The notes below the pieces were generated by a model. The model made no database searches, was not told where the DNA came from, and worked only from the letters and a program-made list of their open reading frames with translations. A stretch of 63,130 nt of DNA, counting the filler, from Globobulimina sp. (Eukaryota), in the NCBI GenBank assembly GCA_003354225.1. It is 20 parts of 20 records of this genome, joined end to end, with 100 filler letters (N's around TTAATTAATTAA, not from the genome) between each part and the next. Parts side by side here need not be neighbours in the genome. Positions count along the whole stretch, not along the records: positions 9,494 to 12,556 come from PIVH01003832.1; positions 12,657 to 15,719 come from PIVH01003833.1; positions 15,820 to 18,882 come from PIVH01003834.1; positions 18,983 to 22,045 come from PIVH01003835.1; positions 22,146 to 25,207 come from PIVH01003836.1; 15 more parts are not named here. The stretch is one strand, 5' to 3'. Position numbers and translations under genes: made by a program. Positions 10,164 to 23,343 of the stretch are shown piece by piece. Position 1 is the stretch's first letter. The number at the start of each line of letters is the position of its first letter.

Positions 10164-10286
10164 ATTGTAAGAGTTTTTTTGTTAAGTGAGTTAAAGTTTT
10201 TTCATCAAGAGACGTGTGGTACAATTCTCAAATTCTCAAATTCGGTTGATTCGTGATATCGAGTTTGAATATTTAGTTTTCAAAAA

Positions 10287-12556
<2,270 letters not shown>

Positions 12557-12889
12557 NNNNNNNNNNNNNNNNNNNNNNNNNNNNNNNNNNNNNNNNNNNN
12601 TTAATTAATTAANNNNNNNNNNNNNNNNNNNNNNNNNNNNNNNNNNNNNNNNNNNNCTACGCCATCTGCGTACGATCAAATCCAAAATTGAAAAGTAGTG
12701 TTAGATCAGCCTCAGCCTCACCATCTAAATCTCAGTAACCTAACAATTTATATATCATTTGTCAATGTTTATATGTATATACAAGTTAGTTTTTGTACAT
12801 TATCGATCAAATTATTATTTTATTTATTATCAATGAGGTTAGACTATGTTTAGTAAATTGTTTTATGCAAAATTAATAGATGCATGAGA

Positions 12890-14158
12890 TTACTTCTCTC
12901 CATATTTTTCTGTGACTTTAGTGTTGTTGTCTAGATCTTGTGAATCAGTGGTCACACTAATATGGCGATTATGGTCATTATCAGCAAGATGCAGCATACA
13001 TTTATGTGCTCGTCTATGTTTTTTTGGAACACCAAACTCATAATAAACCAGAACACCAATTACAGAAAATATAAACGAAATAATTAAACACCATTCGTTC
13101 CACAATGAAGGGTCAAATGAATCCAAATATGTTCCACCTTTTCTAGGATTTGTTGCAATGAAAATATTAATAAACCATACAGGAATCATAGAGAATGATT
13201 TGAGCAATTTCTTAGCCACTGACGATACATGAATTTGTACCTCTGTCGTAACATAACTTTTTAAATATAACATAACTGTGCTAATCATAAATACAATGAG
13301 CAACAACTTATTACTCATTAATTTGACACAAAAATCAGCAAAATCTATGACTGTGCATGTATCATTCAGCGGAATAAAACTTAAAATCACAATTAATAAC
13401 ACACACAATGGCAATGCAATAATACCATTGACACCCAACCAAAATGGAGTCTTCATTGCTGATTTCTGATTCCATTTTGTGTCAAAATGTTTGTTCATTT
13501 CAGAAACATAATCAACTTTGCAAACATATTCAGCCATGATGTTGGTAAATGTGCTGCATAGACAATTTACAAATTCAGCTGTAATCCCTATAAAATAGTC
13601 TCGGTTTTGTATCGTCATCACTTGTGTTTGGGTATTATTTGCGAGTTTGAATGGAAACAACCAAACAATACTGACGATTAAGAATATTATTCCGAGATAA
13701 TCTGGTTTAAACAACTTTTTTTTAAACAGTAATTTCTCAGAAACACATACAAATATTATAGATAACGCATTCATTAATGATTTAACAATAATTCCTAAAG
13801 TCCATAAAGATACATAATGGAGACATGTTTGAATCAATGCAATAATTTGATTGAATATGATTAATAACAGATGTTTGGTTGGTAAATCTTTCCAAATCGA
13901 TTCTTTTTGAGTAAAATAAGTAATAAACATTAATAACGGTGTCTGCAAGCACAGGAACAATACATCTGGGCCTTCGATGTATGATGGAAAACCATTCTTA
14001 TCTTTTGTTTGCAACAGATTTAAATATTGATCAGCATAAATAACAATGATCTGAATAATGATAAAAATGCAGGACACAACAATTCCTTTGGTAGTGATAT
14101 GATTAATAATCGAATTATGTTGGGTATGCATGTTATCTTTATTCTCACGTGGTAGCAA
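12890..14158 (-). CDS. Multi-pass membrane protein, DMT/SLC35-like transporter
   Basis: About 10 hydrophobic helices with EamA-like spacing. Confidence 0.6.
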   Translation of the reverse strand: MLPRENKDNMHTQHNSIINHITTKGIVVSCIFIIIQIIVIYADQYLNLLQTKDKNGFPSYIEGPDVLFLCLQTPLLMFITYFTQKESIWKDLPTKHLLLIIFNQIIALIQTCLHYVSLWTLGIIVKSLMNALSIIFVCVSEKLLFKKKLFKPDYLGIIFLIVSIVWLFPFKLANNTQTQVMTIQNRDYFIGITAEFVNCLCSTFTNIMAEYVCKVDYVSEMNKHFDTKWNQKSAMKTPFWLGVNGIIALPLCVLLIVILSFIPLNDTCTVIDFADFCVKLMSNKLLLIVFMISTVMLYLKSYVTTEVQIHVSSVAKKLLKSFSMIPVWFINIFIATNPRKGGTYLDSFDPSLWNEWCLIISFIFSVIGVLVYYEFGVPKKHRRAHKCMLHLADNDHNRHISVTTDSQDLDNNTKVTEKYGEK

Positions 14159-14270
14159 AGCATTTCATGATTAGCAAAATGAAATGTAGTGGAGTTTGGA
14201 AATTAGAAAAACCAAAAACATTTATGGTGAGAACAACTGACAGTTATAACTTATAAGTGGTATGATATCA

Positions 14271-15414
14271 TCATTGTATTTTCTTTCCGTTGTTCACACG
14301 ATGTACATAAGCAAATTTCCCACAGTATTTCAACTGTGTATGTGGCTCATTACAAATGATTCCATATTGTAAATACGCGACGCCTATGCCATAATTATAA
14401 ATTCCAATTTGTTCCAAAATATGTATTGTAACGTGCAAATAAGGAAAACATCCAAATGCATTTGCATTCTCCCGACTAAAGCTCAATTCTACAAAACTTA
14501 CAGCCATAGCACAACATAACAACAATGCTGCTCTCAATAATATCCCATAAACGTTTATCATTCTTTTCCGCATCTTCTCCTCATTTGTATCTTTATATTT
14601 TATTTCCGACAGCTTATTTAATTGCAGATATACCATCAATGTGGCAAATAATACCGCCGGTGTTTGGACATAGGTCAATGTTGGAACACCCCCATATTCT
14701 CCCAACATGTATGGCAATTTAATGACAGAATAAATAATAACTGACTGTGCAACGATGCAAATAGCAGCTCTTATTAATTGCGATTGTAAAAAGGCAATCT
14801 TTGTGACCCATGAATATTGATAAAATGTATAAACACCGTTGGTCAATACGGAAGTCAATGTAATACTCATTACGAGCGGGGAGAGAGTGGAATGTGCTGT
14901 GAAGGCAAAGGAATACATTGCACAAATAATACAGTATAATCCAATCACTTTATAATGTCCAATATTTGCGTACTGGTATTTCCACGCATTGTACATTAAC
15001 AAAGTTCCGGCAAATGGTATTGCAGTAAGCACTGAAAACAATTCGCAAACCCAATGGAAGAATACATAATTTGGTTCTGTGTTTTTTTTTATTGTCAATT
15101 TATAATGGTTTATAATAATATTTCAAACTAAAAAAATCTATGAAATGTTATGTATGATTCTTGTCTGAATTCGAGCAGTGGAATAAAATGTAAATTCCAT
15201 TTCATAGATTTTCTTGTATGAGATTTCATACATTTTCAAATTGACGGAATTACACACCAGGATGGTCCCAAACAGACGGCAAAAAGCCCCAAAAATCATC
15301 ATTAGAATGAGCCGGATAAACATAATGTGATACTACATACAATAATGATCCATACAGACAAGAAACCAGTGTGACTACACCAACAATTTCTGTAAATTTC
15401 AATTTGTCAGTCAT
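14271..15414 (-). CDS. Alkaline ceramidase / CREST-family 7TM hydrolase-like protein (intron about 15078-15256)
   Basis: Spliced FWG..PSVWDHP|EPNY..FHWVCELFSVLT matches the ceramidase N-terminal motif; S...HSTL and H...H metal motifs. Confidence 0.65.
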
Positions 15415-15538
15415 TTTCACATTAGCAAAACTGTTCAAACTCAATTTTCGAAATATTTATCACAGCACAATTGGCTTCAAAGGGAATCTATACACCAACA
15501 GTTTATTAACTGTCACAATATAATAATAATTCAGCGAG

Positions 15539-15719
15539 ATGCCTCCAAAGAACACAGCAAAGAAAAAGAAACAAGAACAATTAGCAGAAGAAGTAAAGAA
15601 AATTCGCCGCGATCCTGATCACAACAATTTAATCTGTGCAGATTGTCCCGTTCGTTCAACGCCATATATCTGCATCAATTATTCCTCATTTACATGTACG
15701 GAATGTTCAGGCATTCATC
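15539..15719 (+). CDS. ArfGAP-domain protein, N-terminal fragment
   Basis: N..CADC...P.Y......F.CTECSGIH zinc finger. Confidence 0.9.
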
Positions 15720-15883
15720 NNNNNNNNNNNNNNNNNNNNNNNNNNNNNNNNNNNNNNNNNNNNTTAATTAATTAANNNNNNNNNNNNNNNNNNNNNNNNN
15801 NNNNNNNNNNNNNNNNNNNAAGGGGGAGGGGGGTTAACTTTGAGAATATAGCGTTAACTGTTTTGTCACGCATTTGAACTAGA

Positions 15884-17020
15884 ATGTCAATACACTCTTC
15901 AGACAATCGCAAAAAGCAAATGCTCATCATACTGGTTGTAATGATGCTATTCTCCACTCTGATATCCATTAATTTTTATTCCGATATCCAAGTGATTCTA
16001 CCAGTAACTTTGAATCGCAATAATAATAACAATAAAATCAACATGTTCAAGAAAAGTGAGCAGCCATCATGTTTAAATAACATATTTGATGCAATATTTG
16101 TTATCTCAATCCGAAAACGAATGGAAACATTAAACATAACCTTATTTCAACTGTATACTGAAAATATTCAATTCATATTATGGGAAGGACATTCAATGAA
16201 TAATGCATATTCAGTTTATTTACATAAAAAACTTACAAACTACATGGACATCGCACATATTAATCCATATATATATGGCAGAGCGAGAGACGGCGAAAGT
16301 AATTCAGCATATTTTAATGCAAACGTATTCTTTTTAAGACAAACACAAATTGATATCATCAAATATTCAGCAAAAAAGAAATTGGATAAAATTCTGATAT
16401 TTGAAGATGACATTTTATTATCAAATCCATATTATATAAATATGTTTTGTTTAATTGAACCAAATATTCGCGAGTGGTATGTTTTAAATCTTGGAGTGAA
16501 TGGATCTCCGAAAGAAATAAAGTTATTAAATGTAGCAAATCATGAAAATGAAGAAATGAAACTATATTACAAACGGAGGGATAGCTGGGGAGCGTTTGCT
16601 ATCGCGTTTTATAAAGATGTGTACAAATATTTTGTTCAGAAATTTGATGTTGATGATGAAAAGAATACTATTTCTGTGAGCGAGTCACATGTTTATCCAT
16701 TGGATGCATATCATGTTGTTCTTGGCCACCTATATTGGGCACAATATAAATGTTATAATATTCATCCAATACTGGTTTTGCCAGATATCACATCTTCTGT
16801 AATTCGAAAAGAACAAAAATATGGAGCTAATGTTGTTGAGTGGATGTTGGAGAGAACCACTGATCAAAATATATCACGTTTTTCAAAATATTGGAAATTC
16901 AGATTTTCAAACAATACTCAAATATATAGCCATCAAATACGTAATATAGTGCCAACATTTGATGAACTTCTCATAAACTCGCCCTCAAAGTTATACTTGA
17001 AAAAAAACTTTACAGTCTAA
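15884..17020 (+). CDS. Type II membrane glycosyltransferase, GT25-like
   Basis: N-terminal TM anchor, IFVISI..R, ILIFEDD, W..LNLG, SWGAFA, PLD. Confidence 0.75.
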   Translation: MSIHSSDNRKKQMLIILVVMMLFSTLISINFYSDIQVILPVTLNRNNNNNKINMFKKSEQPSCLNNIFDAIFVISIRKRMETLNITLFQLYTENIQFILWEGHSMNNAYSVYLHKKLTNYMDIAHINPYIYGRARDGESNSAYFNANVFFLRQTQIDIIKYSAKKKLDKILIFEDDILLSNPYYINMFCLIEPNIREWYVLNLGVNGSPKEIKLLNVANHENEEMKLYYKRRDSWGAFAIAFYKDVYKYFVQKFDVDDEKNTISVSESHVYPLDAYHVVLGHLYWAQYKCYNIHPILVLPDITSSVIRKEQKYGANVVEWMLERTTDQNISRFSKYWKFRFSNNTQIYSHQIRNIVPTFDELLINSPSKLYLKKNFTV

Positions 17021-17048
17021 GATTTAGTGTCGACGAATCGGAAACTTA

Positions 17049-17561
17049 TTACATCTGCCTACGTGTATACAATGATAAAAATAGCACTATTATTGTGTCT
17101 AAGTGTTGAATATGATGAGCAATTGCATCGTTCTTAGAAAACATTCCTCCATTGCCATGATATAATGTGATCGATTTGTTGATACAATAATCAATCGATT
17201 CCACTGTCATTGATTCTATTTTTGTGCATAATTCCTTTATTGTAAAATCTTTATCAATTTTAATTTGAAAATCTGGGAATGCAAATGCTGCCTTGTTAAA
17301 ATCACATGATTTTATCTGCAATGTGATTATGTTATATCCATAATATATGAAAATAATATTTCTTGCTACAATGTCATGCATATTGACGTATTGATTGGTG
17401 TCCTGTCGACTGTTACAAAATATTTCGTTTTGTTGTTGTCGAAGATAGCCATCCACCAAATATTTGAATTCAATGCAGATGGTTTTCAACATTGTAAACA
17501 TGCTGTTTGTTTTGATTACATTGGAATTCTTATTCTGACTCATTTCAGACAACATCGACAT
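17049..17561 (-). CDS. Hypothetical protein (LVDGYLR-type N-terminus, possible ubiquitin-like C-terminus)
   Basis: 170-aa ORF; TIKELC.KI...I.L.H.G pattern. Confidence 0.45.
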   Translation of the reverse strand: MSMLSEMSQNKNSNVIKTNSMFTMLKTICIEFKYLVDGYLRQQQNEIFCNSRQDTNQYVNMHDIVARNIIFIYYGYNIITLQIKSCDFNKAAFAFPDFQIKIDKDFTIKELCTKIESMTVESIDYCINKSITLYHGNGGMFSKNDAIAHHIQHLDTIIVLFLSLYTRRQM

Positions 17562-17734
17562 AGTCCACTTTGTGAAAGGACCTGTGTTTTTCGGAGATAC
17601 TTTTTCCTTAAAAACTAATCATATGATTGTCTATAAACCCCACAATAAAATGAAAGAAAGAAAGAAATATATGAATTTAAATAATAACAAAAAACAAAAA
17701 AAGAAACAAAAAAAGCCAAAATTTACTCCAAACA

Positions 17735-18787
17735 TTACACGTATTTATCAAGAAAATATGTCAATCTGTTTGTTGTATTGGTCAATCCCAATTCTTCCCT
17801 CTCTTCTTGGGTCACCCAACAATGTAAAACATAAATATCATCCATCGCAAGCGTAGCATTGCCATCACAATTACGTACAAAGTGTTTCTGTGGCAGAGGA
17901 ATTATAAAAAAATTACGCTTTTTGTATTTATATTTAGCAACAGCTATATGTTTATGTTTATAGTCATTAGCTTGTTTTATTCGTTTTAATTTTTTATAAA
18001 TATAACAATTGAATGGCAGTTGGTCACTTCCAGTCAATTCATTTTTTTTTTGCAAAGATTTCCAAAAATTTGATATCAACAAATTGCTTGATTTTGTATT
18101 TCGAAAATGAATGAAACCCATACATAAATTCTGTGGATTATACGATTCATAATTTGTTTCATATGTTTTTAATGAATGGCAATTTTTTGGATATGTTCAT
18201 GTCGACGATATTATATCAATGGCATATTTATTATCAATATTATGTATTTTGAAGTAATGAAAGGGATTTTTTAACCAAATTGCATCGATATCTGTCATTG
18301 TGACGGATTGTGAATGAATTAAAAATGTTTTAACCACACAATGCCTAAAACGAGCTAATTTTTGTTCTTCATCAAAGAATTTGTCATGGAATGGAGGGAT
18401 ATTACATGATGCAGAAACATTTACTTTTAATGCATTTATAATTAATATGTTTGATGCGTTTGTATCGATTTGTTGATAGAATAAATCGTAGGATTTGTTA
18501 TCCAATGCCATTAATATTAATACATAATCGCTATCAGTAACTAACTCTGTTAATTTTATGTAATATGAATACCACAAATTGAATACATTAATGAATTTAT
18601 CATTGCAAAATGTTAAAATTATATTTTTATTCTTTATGTCCAGATAAAATTCGAATGGTACTGCGGTTGTTTTTTTCTTTATAATTTGTTCGTTGTTGGA
18701 GTTGTGATACGAAATATCCATTGCAATACATGAATAAATATAGAATGATGCAAATAAAAAGAATGATAGTATGAACAGTAAATTCAT
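17735..18787 (-). pseudogene. Nucleotide-diphospho-sugar transferase (GT77-like) interrupted by one in-frame TGA at 18197-18199
   Basis: TM anchor and TDIDAIWLKNP, then IISST*TYPKN...LCMGFIHFRNT...DQ..FN...LP...F.R.C...VLHC, all in one frame. Confidence 0.7.
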
Positions 18788-18982
18788 TTTGTGTTTCCGT
18801 GGATGTAACGTGCACCGCATGGTTGTCGTGGTTTAATAGAACAAACAAATGTAAAAAACCTCAACTTGACTAGTGCTAACTANNNNNNNNNNNNNNNNNN
18901 NNNNNNNNNNNNNNNNNNNNNNNNNNTTAATTAATTAANNNNNNNNNNNNNNNNNNNNNNNNNNNNNNNNNNNNNNNNNNNN

Positions 18983-19470
18983 TCAGGTAGCACCTCATCC
19001 ATGTATTCAATACGGGGCATTACAGCTGATTGAATTCGTTTCGCATATAAAATACTATCTGTTATAGCACTATGCTGAATATCAAGCTGGTCTCGTTGTG
19101 TCGTTATTTCTTCGTTTTGTGATTTTAACTCTTCGCTTTGCTGCTTTAACTCTTCATTCTTTTCAGATATTTCTAAAGTCCTTATTTTCACAATTCCTTC
19201 CAGTTTTTCTTTTTCCTTGCGCAAATTTCTTATCCTAATTCTGGTATAAGACCAGATTGCACTTACAAGTACCATTATCATGGCAATTCTAAACCACCAT
19301 GTAGCCCAAAATGGAGGTAGAATAATGATTCTTATCGAAATTCCTTCCTCATTCCAAATCCCATCACAGTTTGCAGCTTTTACCTTCAAAACATATTCGC
19401 CATGTGGGAAACTTTTAAAAGAAATATAATTCTGAGTCCCTAATTCAATCCACTCCTTATCATCTTTTGT
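18983..19470 (-). CDS. Bacterial (Bacteroidota-type) Y_Y_Y domain + TM + coiled coil + start of a SpoIIE/PP2C sensor protein, fragment
   Basis: W..LG...ISF...P.GEY.LKVKAAN.DGIWN...I.I.ILPPFWATWWF...LE..V..RT.EI...ITDSI.YAKRIQ.A. Confidence 0.9.
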
Positions 19471-20091
19471 ATTGGCTTTGTGAATAACAATGAGGTGAAT
19501 TTGAATGAGCTTCGCTTTTTGTATTGTTTGGGCGGTGATGAGTACCATCGGTTGGAGGAGATTGCGAGGAATAAGGACTGCTTCGTAGTGTACCAGGGCT
19601 CGCATGGGGACGCAGGCGCGCGTATTGCCGACGTGGTGTTGCCGGGCTGTGCGTGGGTCGAAAAGAACGGGACTTTTGTCAATATTGATGGCAGAGTGCA
19701 GCGGTCCAAAGCTGCGCTGACACCGCCTGGCCAGGCCAGGAATGATTGGCAAATTATTCGCGCCTTATCGGAGATCTGTGATGCTCAGATTGAGTATGAT
19801 ACGATTGAGGAATTAAGGGAGCGGATGTTTGGCATTGCTCCGCATTTGGAGCGGGTGGACAGTATCGAAGCGAATATGTTCAATATTTACGATGAGAAAA
19901 TATGTCATGGCCAGCGAGGGGATGGATCGGTGTCGGTATCGGATTCGGATTCGGTGAGTAGCAATGTGATGAATGAACCGTTTGAGAAATATTATTCCAA
20001 CTATTTTGCGACTGATCCCATATCGCGGTCATCGCTTGTGTTGAAAAAGGCTGCCAAAGATTTACCAAATTCTGCAAATAGTTGGTGTTGA
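19471..20091 (+). CDS. NDUFS1: Complex I 75-kDa subunit (NDUFS1/NuoG), C-terminal part
   Basis: FVVYQGSHGDAGARIADVVLPG.AW.EK.GTFVN.DGRVQ...PPGQARNDWQIIRALSE...NYFATDPISRSS; AT-rich eukaryote-like 3' flank. Confidence 0.93.
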   Translation: MGFVNNNEVNLNELRFLYCLGGDEYHRLEEIARNKDCFVVYQGSHGDAGARIADVVLPGCAWVEKNGTFVNIDGRVQRSKAALTPPGQARNDWQIIRALSEICDAQIEYDTIEELRERMFGIAPHLERVDSIEANMFNIYDEKICHGQRGDGSVSVSDSDSVSSNVMNEPFEKYYSNYFATDPISRSSLVLKKAAKDLPNSANSWC

Positions 20092-20204
20092 TGTACATGT
20101 TTTTTGACTAATGAATGATTCTGAATTTTTTAATATTGACATTCTTCATATTGATTATATTGTTGCATACAACTAACTAAAAGTTTTTGAGTTTTTTGAA
20201 AAGA

Positions 20205-21195
20205 ATGGCTAAACCTTTAGCGGAGAAGAAAGAAAACGATGTAAAAGCACCACATATTGGTTTTGAATATTTTGAAAGCAGAGAGTATCTAAATATGATA
20301 CCAGAGGATAATCCGAATTGGATGCACTCAGAATTAGATAAAAGCAGATAAATATGATCCAACTGTCTTAGACAATTTCAGTCCGCCAAAATGTGACACA
20401 CAGCATCCATATTATCATGATATCATATCCGCATTGGATATATTTAAAGAATGGAGAAATTTGAAAGAATCGAAGAATAAAAAGGAGAAAAACAGTTGGA
20501 AATATTTGAAAACTGTGGATGATAAATTAGATATTTACTGGACACGCATTGGCAATGAGACAATATCTGCAATAAAAAGCAGAATGATCGTACCCTATTC
20601 TGTGCCGATAATGGCGGGAATAGTCTGCAATGATGAACAAGTTTGCAAATATGACACAATGATCCAACAACAACAGCAAATAGAAAATTTATCAGCAAAT
20701 AATTTAATCCGCCATTGCAGTCATAAGAAACCCATCGCATTTATCACATCGAGAGATCTGTTAACTGTTCGTTTTATTTATATTTTAGCGAATGCCGAAG
20801 TAATTTATGGGGAGCGGAGTATTCAAAATCATCCAAATGATGAATGGAAAAACAATAAGAAATATGTGCGTGCTGAGTGCACTTTGAGTTTATGGCATAT
20901 TCGGCCGTATTATGCAAAAAAAAATACACATTCACTTGTCACATATTATGCTCATTTAAAACCAAATGGTTATATTCCGCAATGGTTAGTGGATCAGAAA
21001 ATTGCTCAAAAAGCGGAAACTATTTTAACTGTCACAAAATATATTGATTCCATTCAAAATATGTTGCATAAAAAAGGAATATTACATATTCCACATCCTT
21101 TGCTGGAAAAAATGAGAAATACATTTCAGTTTGAAACTGGGGATGTGTATGTGGGTGGATGTGGAGGTGGTGGTGGAGGTGGAGAGGATGTGTAG
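20205..21195 (+). CDS. START lipid-transfer domain protein (1-nt frameshift in the A-run at about 20340)
   Basis: W...., YD, SRDLL.VR, SI.NHP, YVRA, VTYY..L.PNG.IP.WLV; the upstream ORF from 20205 joins if one A is removed. Confidence 0.8.
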
Positions 21196-21276
21196 GGTGT
21201 GGGTGGTGTGTAGGGTGTGGAGGGTATGGGTGGCTGTGTAGGTGAAGGCGGTGGAGGAGGAAGAGGCAAAATTTAT

Positions 21277-21342
21277 TGTGATAGCTCAATGAGAGCATCT
21301 TTTAATATTAAAGAAGATTTGGGTTCAAATCCCATCATCACA
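21277..21342 (+). ncRNA. tRNA-like element (pseudo-tRNA or tRNA-derived SINE head)
   Basis: A-box TAGCTCAA, D-stem GCTC/GAGC, stem TCTTT-7nt-AAAGA, B-box GGGTTCAAATCCC, then a T-run; acceptor stem and U33 are imperfect. Confidence 0.45.
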
Positions 21343-21480
21343 TTTTTGTATTTTACTTTTTGTAATTCATTATTTGCTTTTTGAATCTCAAAATTCTGTT
21401 TTTGTTTCTATTTTATTATTATGGTTATTTATCAAAAAGTCGTACAAATTAAAAAAATGAAAAAATGTTAAAAATCATGA

Positions 21481-21743
21481 AAATCCATGAAAAGTATACT
21501 AAAAAAATGAATATTTATGCAATATTTGCAAAATTCAAAAAAATATGGAATCCTGTCAAAAATATCGCATTTATTTTGATGATCATTCGGTGTTTTCATC
21601 AATTTTGCAAATATTGCATAAATATTCGTTTTTTTAGTACTTTTCATGGATTTGCATACCTATACAATAAAACAGTGGTTTTCAACCTAGTATTCGAAGT
21701 TGACCTAGTTTTTGAATCCTAGTATTCAAAGTTGAAAACCACT
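21481..21743. repeat. Two adjacent inverted-repeat structures (arms about 21481-21536 / 21601-21652; 13-bp arms 21674-21686 / 21731-21743)
   Basis: aaatccatgaaaagta..aatatttatgcaatatttgcaaaatt and its reverse complement; agtggttttcaac...gttgaaaaccact enclosing a cctagtattc(g/a)aagttg direct repeat. Confidence 0.75.
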
Positions 21744-22264
21744 CTAGCTAACCCAAAACCTTGCCAATCACAAAAGAAGTGTTTAGAAGTTTAAGCCTAA
21801 AAAGTCAATTGCTTCGATTTTTAATTATACATATTTTCATAATCATTGTCGTTCATGTTTTAGTCACCCAGCAATTCATTTCTGTATAGACACAAAGTTC
21901 TAAAATCCTGGAATTCCTTAAAAACTACAATGATTATGAAAAGAAACTGAGCGACAATGATTTTGACAATTAGTATAAACATGCAATTAAATCCAAACAA
22001 TCCAGCGTTGAAGATTGAATTTTTGAACACGACAAAGATCCGATANNNNNNNNNNNNNNNNNNNNNNNNNNNNNNNNNNNNNNNNNNNNTTAATTAATTA
22101 ANNNNNNNNNNNNNNNNNNNNNNNNNNNNNNNNNNNNNNNNNNNNGTCATAGAAACGTTACCGTCCCGTATACAAACCCTGAACTCAAGCCGTTACAACA
22201 TATGCATTAATTATATTAGTTTTGTACTGACTGGAAGTAGCTAGTTTCAGTATTAAAACTGTTA

Positions 22265-22560
22265 TTGTTTTGGAAAAAGTTGTGTATGGATGATTCGATC
22301 TGATATTTGAGGTCCACTATGTTGTTGTATTGGAAAAAGTTGTGTATGGATGACTCGACCTGAACCACCTGATATTTGATGCCCACTGTGGTTTTGTATT
22401 GGAAAAATTTGGTGGATGACTCGATCTGAAATTGTGATACCTATTATGGATTTGTATTTATTTGTGTGTGTTACACTCTGATATGTATTGGAAACTAGCT
22501 GGGAATGTATCAGTCGATCTCATATTTGAGGTCCACTATGATATGTATTTATTTGTGTGT
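22265..22560. repeat. Degenerate tandem repeat of about 60 bp (ttggaaaaagttgtgtatggatga.tcga.ctga..tttga.g.ccact)
   Basis: 3-5 imperfect copies visible directly. Confidence 0.75.
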
Positions 22561-23343
22561 TACTCAAGTTACTTACAAAAACTACTCAAAGCATGGTCTT
22601 CCAAAATTTGAGTTGACCAGTTGATCATTTACATGATCAGCGATCAATCTATCTAACAATTTGGGATTCTCTCGCATCAGTTCATATATCGCAAAAAATG
22701 GTGGATTAATAAACTGAAATCCGAAATCAATGCATTCCAGACATATCATAAACCATTCACAAACCCGAAACTGATAAACCAAATCATTTTCAACGCTAAC
22801 AATATACCTCCCTCATTCATTACTGACCAATATACCATTAATATATATTATAGGTATCAAAAATCAGTTGCAGCTTACATCCACAAACACTAGCAAACTT
22901 TAATTTTTTGTTTACAGTACCATCTTTTTGTTTACGGTACTATCTCGCAAGTGTTTTTCGCAAATGTTTTCCCACAAATTTATTCAATACTTTTTATTTA
23001 TTTTGTTGTACCTATTTAATACTGGTACGTGTTTGTTAATATAATAGCACATGCATTGTCTTTGCTATTAATGTTTTTCCACACATATTTTGTGTCGTTA
23101 GCTTATTTCAAGTGACTCGGAAGTAGTGCAGAAAACGTTTGCAGATATCCTCAACTACTGGTCGGTTTTTGCAGATTAATGCGAGCTTTTTTTGTGTGCG
23201 CTTCTACTGTAACTAATGTTGCCACCACACAGACACAATTATGTAATCATTTTGCAAATCAAACGCAGTCACACCACAATATCACAGTGTATCGCACACG
23301 TTTGAGGATCAGTCGCACAGTATAGCTACGAATAAATTCCGAA

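Noticed and set aside
18931-19752. 273-aa minus-strand ORF as one novel fusion protein
   Set aside because: Its first 90 or so codons are just the antisense of NDUFS1 across the chimeric junction.
21140-21262. G/T-rich tract as telomeric repeat
   Set aside because: Irregular, internal and partly coding (poly-Gly); no fixed unit.
22265-22560. CRISPR array
   Set aside because: The intervening sequences are themselves similar to each other, the repeats are degenerate, there are no cas genes and the context is eukaryotic.
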